In this document: piece by piece, positions 53,276 through 64,000 of the stretch | Position numbering within the stretch: position 1 is the first letter of the stretch | Layout of the letters: the number at the start of each line of letters is the position of its first letter | Assembly: GCF_001194135.2 (NCBI RefSeq) | Contig: NC_068988.1 | Location: 1,486,492-1,550,491 of the forward strand | Length of the DNA: 64,000 bases | Direction: 5' to 3' | From: Octopus bimaculoides | Taxonomy: Eukaryota | Position numbers and translations under genes: made by a program | Notes under the pieces: model-generated | Seen by the model: only the letters and a program-made list of their open reading frames with translations | What the model was told of the DNA's origin: nothing | Database searches by the model: none

Positions 53276-54551
53276 ATAGAACTTTCCGCTCAGCCTATCC
53301 AAACTCTCCGCTCCGATGTTTTTTCTTCTTTTTCTTTCTTTGCTTCAATACATAAAGTTGGCCTTAATCTTTTAATTTTTGAAAATTTAATTTTTTTGGT
53401 TTTGTTTTTGTAGATTGATTTTTTTTTTTTTCGCTTTTATAAATTTTCTTTAATCTCCCTCTTCTCACCTTGAATAAAAACCAAACACATTTGCTAGAAC
53501 CACAGAATGATTTTCTCTGTCAATATGTGTGTCAGTTGGTCTGATGTTTTAGATGTTCGTACTTCAGATGCTGTTTCTATTTAATCCTTCTACCTGCTGC
53601 ATATTAAAGACAAAGATAAATACGACCATAATCCTCCTTAATCTGTCTTAATAACTCAACAAACAAATGTCTCTACACATCTAATAATCTTGTATCGATG
53701 TAATTGTGCATCAATACAAGATTATTAGAGACGCCTGTCGTTTGGTCTTTCCTTAATCAGAGATGCGGATGATTACTTTACTCCTTTCGTTTTAACTCTG
53801 TTCTACGTAATTCCCTTTAGTTGACAGCTGGGTTGCCGATAACTAGTCCGATTGAAATGTATTCCGTTCTTGTTTTGCATTCCATCTGCTTAGTCTTGGG
53901 TGTCATCTGTTCCTGTCTCTCTGTGGCTGTGTGCATTTTTGATACATTCTTCTTGTTTTTTTTATCATATCTCAAAGAATTTTATAGGAACGCTTTCAGT
54001 GTTACAAGATATTAACTCGATCATTATTGCTTTCGAACTGATCATATCTGAATATATAAAATATATAAAAATACATCAGAAAATATCTGGAAACTTCCGA
54101 GTGTGAGGTATCAAACGTCTTGGTGTTTGTCTCAATAAAACCATATCTAGTAGAAAAGCTTTATGAAAAAAATTGTTTTTTTTCTCCGATCAATATTTTC
54201 ATTGGTTCATTAGCAATGTAGTTTCAATTCTCTGATCAGTTCTTACAATATTAGGTATTTATGAAAAATATGGTCATTGAACAACTAAAATCAGGAATTG
54301 TACTCTACATAAATGCCAGCAGAAATTAACTTGTTCATTCCACTTACTTCATAATCTTTCTTCCATTTTTTTTTTTCTTTTTAAAGAATTAAGAACAACA
54401 TGATTCATAATTTTAACAGTTAAGTGGTTTCATCTTGCCATGTGTATATTTTGGCTGTATAATATACACACGTGTGTATTCTATGTGTGTATATGTAAAT
54501 ATGTGTTGTATTTATGCATATATACATGTGTGTGTATTTGTTCATGTACAA

Positions 54552-54600
<49 letters not shown>

Positions 54601-55009
54601 TACACACAGACACATATAGATGCAGGTGTGGCCGCGTGGTAAGAAGTTTGTTTTCCAGTTACATGGTTCTGGGTTCAATCCATCTGCTTGCCTTCTACTA
54701 TAGTCTAGGGCCAATCAAAGCCATGTGAATGGAATGAAATGTCTGCCATATGTGTGTGTGTGTTTTGTCACCCCCCCCCCACTGTTTGACAACCAGTTTT
54801 GGTATTATTTACATCCCTGTAACTTAGCAGTTTGGCAAAAGAGCCCATCATCATCGTCGTTTAACGTCCGCTTTCCATGCTGGTATGGGTTGGACAGGTT
54901 GGCTGAGGACTTGTGAACCAGAATCTGCACCAGGCTCAATCTGATCTGGTAAAGTTTCTACAGTTGGATGCCCTTCCTAACGCCAACCACTCCGTATAGT
55001 GGGTGCTTT

Positions 55010-55310
55010 TTACGTGCCACCGGCACAAGGGCCAGTAAGGCAGTTCTGGCAACGGCCGCGCTCAAAAGGTGTTTTTACGTGCTACCTGCACAGGAGCCAG
55101 TGTGGTGGCATTGGCAATGACCATGCTCGAATGTTGTTTTCCGTGTGCCACCAGCACATGTACCAGTAAGGTGATGCTGGCAATGATCACGCTCGAATGG
55201 TGCTTTTCAAGTGTCACTGGCACGGGAGCCAATCCGTGGCCCTGGCAACAATCATGCTTGGATATGCTTTCAACATTCCACTGGCACGAGTGCCAACCAG
55301 GCAGTACTGT
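55010..55310. repeat. ~55-bp tandem array inside the RTE-tailed retroposon
   Basis: About 5 units of gtgccacc(a/g)gcac...ggcaa(c/t)gatcacgctcgaa. Confidence 0.75.
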
Positions 55311-57287
55311 CATCAGCCACCCGATAGAATAAATACCAGATAGAAAAATATCTACTGGACTTAATTTGTTCAATCAAAATCCTTCAACATGGCCACAGTC
55401 TAACGACTGAAACAAGTGGAAGATTAGATTGTGTGTGTGCATGAATGATAAGTGCAGACCTGGCTGTATTCATACAAGGTTTGCTTCATAACCATGACGT
55501 TATTTCAAGTTTAGTTCTACTGCATGACACTTTAGGTAAATGTCTTCTACAATAGTCTGGGGCTCACCAATGCCTAGGGAGTGAAACTGGGAGTCAAGTC
55601 ATCTGGAAGTTTGTGTGTAAACACACACATACACGCGTCCATTTCCATGTAACAATGCAAACAACTTATTGGTATTAGAACCTGAAGATGTGCTCAGCTG
55701 GTTTTGTGTATGTTACAACTCATATAACAAGCATCGCTTTTCCATGAAACGTTTGTAGTGTGTGTTTTACTTGTTCCATTCCTTACTTTCTTGGACATTT
55801 TTTGGCATTTTTAGCAACTTTAATTGCTAAACCATGAGTTGCTAAACCTTCAGCTTATCGAAATTTCTTTTGATTTCAGTATAGGATGAAGTATGTAATT
55901 TATGATGTACCAGTTAAGAACTACATTAAGCATATGCATATCAATGGTATACTCAGCCACTTGCATGTTAATTTCACAAGCAGGCTGTTGGTCAGGTCAA
56001 CTGGAACCCTTGTCATCTTAACTGACATGGTGCAAGTTTTAGTTTTTTTATTGTATAATTTACTGGCAAGTCTTTAACTTTTGCATCTGCTGCCAACTAC
56101 CAAATCTGACCATTAAATTTTGCACAGTTAAAGAAATAGCCATTTTTGTGTAAGATTTGATGATGTTTGTTCGCTTGGGACTTTGTAAAATGGTGTCTCT
56201 TGTTTTTTTGTTTTTTTTGTTTTTCTTTTCCGCAATGACATGCTTGAAGTGTTGCTTTCACTTACCAAACTCATTCTGGCAATACTACGTCTTCCCTGAT
56301 TCTATGTTGATGTTTGCTTATATATATATTTTTTTTTTTATTGGACGTTGTTAGCGTTGCCTGAAGCAGCAGGACAATGTTGGTTAAGAATTGTTGGAAG
56401 CATAGCTATTCTGGAATCTGTCAGAATAATAAAGCTGTCCTTCAAACTTACAATAGATGCCAGTGAAATCAATAGAATTGAAGAACTTTTGGTAGCCTCT
56501 TTTTTATTTATTTTTTTACTTCTATCACAGCACACACTCCTTATCCTCTCACCACCCCCAACCCATTTCTGTGGAATTCCCAACACAAAGACATTGGTTT
56601 CTTTTAACAGGAATATTCTTTGAAACATCAGTCTTCTATCAAAGTTGGACATATTTACAAATCATTTCTTTTTTTTCTTCTCATTTTGATATTTCTTTGT
56701 GTTTTCTTTTCTATTTATTCCAGTATCTTTGATATTTTTTTCCCCCATTCTGCTTGCACACTAATTTGTAGAAATAGAGTCCTCTAAGAGATTCCTATTC
56801 TTTAGTCTTTGGTTCAACTAATGGGAAACTGATTGCGTTTTTCCTGTTGTTGATCATACCAGCTGTCACCTCACACAATCGCTCCACAACATTCAACATT
56901 TTCTTTTGCTAAATTAGAGCTGCCATTGTACTGCAGGAAAAAAATTAAAAAAGGAAGAATTTTGTCTGCAAACTAGTTTTGCCGTATTCTTTGCTGACGT
57001 CATCTGCAAGCACTAAGAAAATACCCGTTCTCTCATATGCAACAGTGGAAGTTAAAACTTTTGTCATTCTATAAGAATTTTTGTTTTATTCTATGGAAGT
57101 TAAAACTTGCTTTCATAACGGACAGACATGGCTGCATGGTTAAGAAGCTTGCTTCCCAACCGTATGGTTTCAAGTTCAGTCTCACTGCATGGCACCTTGG
57201 GCAAGGGTCTTTTTGTGTAGCCCCAGGCCGACCAAAGCCACATGAGTGGATTTCGTTGAATGAAACTGAAAATATATATATGTATAC

Positions 57288-57501
57288 ATAAGGTGTATTG
57301 TGAGTGTTTATAGAACACGTATCCTAATATAAACTCCAACAAACAATTAAAGATGGAGAAGAAAAGATGTTAAAAGTTTGATAACATTTTAATCCATGCA
57401 AAATGTTATCAAACTCTTAACATTTTCTCTTCTCCATCTTTAATTGTTTGTTGAGTTTATATTAGGATACGTGTTCTATAAATGCTCATAATACACCTTA
57501 T
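57288..57501. mobile_element. Near-perfect ~105-bp-arm fold-back (MITE-like)
   Basis: Arms differ at only a few positions; short central loop (aatccatgc). Confidence 0.85.
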
Positions 57502-57674
57502 ACCTGTAACATTTTCATATTTTTAATAAAATACTTGCAATAGCAAGCTACATATTTAATATGAAGAATCTTTATGAGAAATCTAATTTTGCNNNNNNNN
57601 NNNNNNNNNNNNNNNNNNNNNNNNNCCCCCCCCCCCCCAAAGTAAAACTGTTCTAATTGAACTCAACCTTTCTC

Positions 57675-57723
<49 letters not shown>

Positions 57724-58659
57724 TACATATAATATAAGTATTATTATTATTTCACTTAGGCATATCAATACTAATATTCTGGTGTAAGAACTCAGTGTAC
57801 AAATGCTTCAGAATGAAGCATCAGTTGAGTACAGAATGGGCACAAGATATTGGAATGACAAAGGACTAAACGATTATCTTATGATCTTCATTAGCTTACA
57901 GCCGTTTCTGCTATAAGATGTAGTGCACTCGTAATTGAATGCTTGTGTATCACCCTATAGCTTTATCAGAGCTTCAAATATATATATATATATATATATA
58001 TTTAGAAGCATCATGCAATGACAAAACGAGGAGGCACAAATACATACACACACAGTGTCACTGTCATCCAAGCAATGTTGTTTTGAGTTCAAGTCACATC
58101 GCCTGTCACTGGAGAATTATAATAAATAAAACAGAGACTTTTCTGTCAGGAGTTGCAACCAATGGCTAACAGCAGCAGCAGCAGCAGCAATGTGAAAATA
58201 CAGTGGGAACTTGGGTTCCTTAGATTAATCAGAAGATTGTTTACCACCACCACCACAACCACCACCACCACCACAACTATCACCATCCCAATCACTACAA
58301 CCTGCACCACCACCACCACCACCACCACCACCACCATCATTTACATGCTGTGTAACTGTCTTATTCTGAATTCATCTCCTCTTATGGCACCAATTCCATT
58401 CCTCTCTGCTATGGTTTACCATTTCATACAGAGTCCGAGAACTCAGCTTGTTCAGCTCTAATCAACTGTATTTTGTGAAAAATAAATTTTTATTGTTCGG
58501 TAAATTATTTAAATATTTTCTCTTTGGCTTTGATTAAATTGTGTTTGTGATGGTCAGAAACGGATTGGCTGCTTAAAATATATTTCCTTCTTGGATTAAC
58601 TAAACATCTGTTGCTAGTAATTAACATTCAGCTAATTGACAATTGTGTATATATGATGA

Positions 58660-58721
<62 letters not shown>

Positions 58722-58981
58722 TCACATACAGACATATATATATACACATATATATATATGCACACACACACATGCATCGATGCATCATGCACACACATGT
58801 ACATGTTTTTCTTTGGAGATGCTACTCATATTTCCACATTCCATTCTCTTTTGTGTTCCCAATTAATAAACAATTTCTTACTTAATTATTTTCCTTTCAT
58901 ACATTATATATATATATTTATATATGGCGGAGAAAGACAGACAGTAGACAAAGCGAGAGAGAGAGAGAGACAGAGAGAGAC

Positions 58982-59014
<33 letters not shown>

Positions 59015-59169
59015 AACACACAATGCATACATCTTTTATACTAGTTTCAGAGAGCATGTTGCGACCATACTGAGACACACTGTGTGTGTGTGTGTGTTTT
59101 GGTATGGAAAAGAAAAATTTGGTGAACAATAGTGTCATTTATTACAGGTGACATATATATATATGTGTG

Positions 59170-59402
59170 TGTTATTTCTTTACTACCCACAAGGGGCTAC
59201 ACACAGAGGGGACAAACAAGGACAGACAAACGGATTAAGTCAATTATACCAACCCCAGTGCATAACTGGTACTTATTTAATCAACCCCAAAAGGATGAAA
59301 GGCAAAGTTGACCTCGGTGGAATTTGAACTCAGAACGTAGCGGCAGACGAAATACCACTAAGCATTTCGCCCGGCGTGCTAACGTTTCTGCCAGCTCGCT
59401 GC
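59170..59402 (-). mobile_element. Young copy of SINE family A
   Basis: CpG-intact head GGCAGCGAGCTGGCAGAAACGTTAGCACGCCGGGCGAAATG...GAGTTCAAATTCC. Confidence 0.9.
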
Positions 59403-59815
59403 CCTATATATATAAGTGTGTGTGTGTATACATTACCTATACTTGTTTATGTGTGAATAATTGTGCTATATACTCACTCGTTCATACTTACACACGCCCA
59501 TTACTAGTTCCAGTCTGTAGATTGTGGCCATGCTGGGACACTGCTGTGCTTGTGCATGTGTGCGTCATATTTATTGGTTTAAATTTTTTAATTGATTTTT
59601 GTACAAAGGTAATTTGCTAAACAATAGTGTCATGCGTTTCAGTTGGTGTGTGTGTGTGTGTGTATGTATGCGTATACTTATACATACATCCACATACACA
59701 CATCCACACACACACACATGTGAAGACACATGGCTGAGTGGTTTGAGTGTTGTACTCACGATTGCTAGAACGTAGGTTCGATTCTTAGTTTGAACGGAAT
59801 GTTTAGATAAGGGTA

Positions 59816-59856
<41 letters not shown>

Positions 59857-59860
<4 letters not shown>

Positions 59861-60435
59861 GTCTTGTTGATAAATTGAGACAGTTATAAATACTAAATAA
59901 TGGTAGTAGACAGATATAATTTTAATGTAACGTTTATTATAACCAAAACATTTATCACTCAATATGGTCGCCCTTTTGTGCAATTACTGCTTCCAAATGA
60001 GAACNNNNNNNNNNNNNNNNNNNNNNNNNNNNNNNNNNNNNNNNNNNNNNNNNNNNNNNNNNNNNNNNNNNNNNNNNNNNNNNNNNNNNNNNNNNNNNNN
60101 NNNNNNNNNNNNNNNNNNNNNNNNNNNNNNNNNNNNNNNNNNNNNNNNNNNNNNNNNNNNNNNNNNNNNNNNNNNNNNNNNNNNNNNNNNNNNNNNNNNN
60201 NNNNNNNNNNNNNNNNNNNNNNNNNNNNNNNNNNNNNNNNNNNNNNNNNNNNNNNNNNNNNNNNNNNNNNNNNNNNNNNNNNNNNNNNNNNNNNNNNNNN
60301 NNNNNNNNNNNNNNNNNNNNNNNNNNCAGGTCTTGAAGCTGTTGATACTTGAGTGTGGTCCTTGCTTGAAGTATGCCCCATAAAAAAGTAATTGAGAAGG
60401 TTGAGATCTGGGTTGGGCCAGATGTTGACCCTCAC
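59857..60435 (-). mobile_element. Tc1/mariner-superfamily transposon 3' end (gapped)
   Basis: The - strand reads IWP-NPDLNLLNYFF.G, a degenerate WPxxSPDLNPxDY motif; terminal CAGGG TIR-like end. Confidence 0.7.
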
Positions 60436-61171
60436 AAAAAATAAATAAATAAAGAAGAAGAAATTTCTGGCATTCTGTCCGTTCTGAGGATTGCAGTTGA
60501 CCTGACCTGAAGAACAGCCTGCTCATGAAATTAATGTGCAAGTGGCTGAGTACTCCACAGACACGCATACCCTTAATATAGTTCTCGGGGAGATTCAGCA
60601 TAACACACAATTACAGGTAACGACACATTTTTGTTGGTTGAGTGGAGTGGAACAACATGAAAGGAAGTACCTTGCTCAAGGACGCAATGAGCTGCTGAGA
60701 ATTGAACTTAAGACCTTACAATTGTGAGCTGAATACCCCGAGCCACTAGACAGTGTGCCTTAACTCCATGCAGAAATATCACCTTATGCAATAACAAGTG
60801 AAGACTGGCAACAAGAACAGCTACCATAGAAAACCTGCCTCAATAAAAACTCTTCCGACCCATGCAAGCATGGAAAAGTGGACATCAAAATAAGGATGAT
60901 GATGATGACAATGATAATGATGATGATGATGCTTGCTATAGTTGGGAATACTTGAAAGTGTTAAATAACTTAATTAAACACTGTTTATTATTGAAGTAAA
61001 AATAAGACATTGTTTTTGGCGGATGACATTTTAATTAATCATATTAACCTGTCAAATTGATGTTTTCGTCTTTTTTAGCTATTTTCCAATATAGAGTGTC
61101 ATACGTTAACACTTTATCTGCTCTTAGCCTGAGTTTAGAACAGACAGCAGGATTACTAAGATAGTTATACC

Positions 61172-61207
<36 letters not shown>

Positions 61208-61779
61208 NNNNNNNNNNNNNNNNNNNNNNNNNNNNNNNNNNNNNNNNNNNNNNNNNNNNNNNNNNNNNNNNNNNNNNNNNNNNNNNNNNNNNNNNNNNNN
61301 NNNNNNNNNNNNNNNNNNNNNNNNNNNNNNNNNNNNNNNNNNNNNNNNNNNNNNNNNNNNNNNNNNNNNNNNNNNNNNNNNNNNNNNNNNNNNNNNNNNN
61401 NNNNNNNNNNNNNNNNNNNNNNNNNNNNNNNNNNNNNNNNNNNNNNNNNNNNNNNNNNNNNNNNNNNNNNNNNNNNNNNNNNNNNNNNNNNNNNNNNNNN
61501 NNNNNNNNNNNNNNNNNNNNNNNNNNNNNNNNNNNNNNNNNNNNNNNNNNNNNNNNNNNNNNNNNNNNNNNNNNNNNNNNNNNNNNNNNNNNNNNNNNNN
61601 NNNNNNNNNNNNNNNNNNNNNNNNNNNNNNNNNNNNNNNNNNNNNNNNNNNNNNNNNNNNNNNNNNNNNNNNNNNNNNNNNNNNNNNNNNNNNNNNNATA
61701 TGCCAAGCTTAATTGCATTTACCTCCATATCAGCCCACCTTGGATTTCTCTTATAGCCATTCTTGACACCTTGGACCTA

Positions 61780-62035
61780 GGAGTAAAGATTGTTTGCCAA
61801 CATGACATGGCAGTCCTGGTTTAGGACGAATGTTACTGTAATTTAGCCCCAGGAGACATCGTCTCCAGCTGGCTATATGACATGATCTATGTCCTTATAT
61901 TTTTGAACAAGGAAAAATATAAGGACACATCATGTCATATAGCCAGCTGGAGACAATGTCCCCTTGGGCTAAATTACAGCAACATTCGTCCTAAACCAGG
62001 ACTTCCATGTTATGTTGGCAAACAATCTTTACTCC
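61780..62035. mobile_element. ~125-bp-arm fold-back element
   Basis: Inverted arms ggagtaaagattgtttgcc...ccttatattttt and aaaaatataagg...ggcaaacaatctttactcc; 8-nt loop. Confidence 0.88.
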
Positions 62036-62557
62036 AAAGTACTGTTGCCGAATACCTCTCGTGAGATTTAACAATAGTCATTTTTTTCTATCCTTGGACC
62101 TAGTCCTAGATGGAGAATTCAGGGTTTAAATTCAAATTCATTTGAGCGCTACTACGTGTTTCCTATACTGAGTACATTATGCTCTCACCAAGTGTGCGAC
62201 AGATTATCATATTCTGTCTTCCTGATCAAAACAGTAATATATCTACCAAATGTAGTGCCAAATGGAACCATCTGTAATTAAGAATTCTAAGAAGACATAT
62301 TTCCCATCACACTTTGATGTCACATAAAAACTTATACCCATAATAATTTTTCCAAATTCTAGCCATTAATGGACTCATATATTTCTTCTGAACATGATTT
62401 TTATTCAGCTGTTATTATCAGTTCAGCACAGGAGTTATTTTAAGTCACGAAAGAATTTTTTCTTTTTCTTTTTTTTTTGATATGAAGAAATAATTCAATT
62501 CTGAAAGAGCTAATTGATAAACTAAATTGCCCTTAAAATAAATATATTGAAACCACC

Positions 62558-62905
62558 ATTATTATTATTATTATTATTATTCAGTAGTTTTATTTTTATA
62601 ACGTGCTTTCACTTCACTACCGAGCGCAGCTCTGTGCGCCTTGGGTATGTGCTGTGGTTTGCTGTGGTGCTCTTATGTTTACTGTATTGAAAGTGTTTTG
62701 CGTAGAATGTGTGCAGTACCCAGTAGTGCAATTTTCTGTATGTTATATATATTTGTAAGTCCTGGGGTTTTTGTTATGTATTTGTCTGAATATTTTTTTA
62801 TTATACCTAAGGCACCTACTATGATAGGAATTGTTTCTGTTTTTAGATTCCACATTCGAGTTATCTCTATTTCCAGGTCTTTGTATTTTGAAAGTTTTTC
62901 CAAGG
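62558..62905 (-). mobile_element. 5'-truncated RLE-type non-LTR retrotransposon (R4/Dong/Hero-like C-terminus) with (AAT)n tail
   Basis: EKLSKYKDLEIEITRMW...IPIIVGALG...IQKIALLGTAHILRKTL*, then 3' UTR and (TAA)n. Confidence 0.85.
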
Positions 62906-63307
62906 CGTTCAGTTGGCAGAATTGTTAGCACACCAGGCATGATGCTTAGCAGTATTTTGTCTGCCGCAACGTTCTGAGTTCAAATTCCACCAAGGTCAAC
63001 TTCACCTTTCATCCTTTCATGGTCAATGAATTAAGTACCAGTCAAGTACTGGGGTCGATGTGATTAACTATCCCCCCTCCCCACAAAATCCAGGTCTTGT
63101 GCCTATAGTAGAAAGGATTATTATTCTTTTCTACTCTCGGCACAAGATACATTAGGAATGAGAACCCAGGATTGGGTTCAAAATTCTTCCAGGACACTTG
63201 ATGAAGGCTGGAGAGTAAACCAGCTGAAATGTGGTAACAGCAAACAAGATATCCACCCAATGTAAATAATGTACAGAATTCCTCATCTCTAAAATATAGG
63301 ATAATGG

Positions 63308-63367
<60 letters not shown>

Positions 63368-64000
63368 TAATATAGTTGTTGTTGTTAAGGCAATGAATCT
63401 GTAAAATTGTTAAAAGGTCAGACAAAATATTTAGCAGCATTTCTTCTGGGGTCAACTCTTTGCCTTTTGTCTTTTCAAGGGTTGATAAAATAAGTACCAG
63501 TTAGATACTGAGGTTGATGTAATCAATTAGTCCCTCCCTTACCTCAAAACAGTTGGCCTTGTTCCAAGATTAGAAAGAATTCTTGTTGTTAAGTACTAAT
63601 TGATAAAAGTACCTCTACCTAACCCCAAAATCTGTGGCTGTCTACTTGGTTAGAAATCAATATTATTTTAAACATTATTCAAATAAAGAAATTAAAATTA
63701 AAAGCCATAAAAACCATCATCATCATCATCACCATCATCATAATCATCATCATCACCATCATCATAATCATCATCATCATCCCTTTCTAAATCATAATTA
63801 AATTCACATATTTTTATGTCTTTGTTTAATTTCTTTGTTAGAAATATTTTTTTTTCTTTCACTTGTTTCAGTCATTAGACTGTGGCCATGCTGGGGCATC
63901 ACCTTGAAGAATTTTTAGTTATATAAATTGCCCCCAGTACTTAGTCTATTGGTCTGGTACTTTTTCTATCAGTCACTTTTGCCAAACTGCTACGTTACAG

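Noticed and set aside
56100-57050. Coding-like composition on the - strand
   Set aside because: Stops in all frames and no recognisable motif; at most an unidentifiable relic.
32452-64000. Dystrobrevin coiled-coil exons (DANK..R.LI..LE.KNREI)
   Set aside because: Searched by eye and not found. They probably lie beyond the window, though N gaps could hide them.

Overview
AT-rich, microsatellite- and SINE-dense eukaryotic DNA with N gaps. The repeat landscape points to a cephalopod, most likely Octopus (inference). The window is the middle of one + strand gene, dystrobrevin (DTNA/DTNB/Dyb ortholog). Five canonical exons splice in frame: 12290-12398, 13360-13526, 23234-23361, 27498-27593 and 32346-32451. 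They encode the end of the EF-hand region, the ZZ zinc finger, the linker and the syntrophin-binding helix. The N-terminal and coiled-coil exons were not found in the window. The introns hold tRNA-derived SINEs, RTE, L1/Tx1 and RLE-type LINE fragments, mariner/Tc1, piggyBac-like and Helitron-like elements, fold-back palindromes and minisatellites. Best leads: (1) a tRNA-headed SINE carrying a minimal Penelope-type hammerhead ribozyme, inserted as a head-to-head dimer inside one 12-bp target-site duplication; (2) frame-preserving 9-nt and 39-nt microexon candidates; (3) a candidate internal first exon; (4) an RTE LINE with twin-priming-like 5' inversion geometry. All calls are by eye, with no database search.
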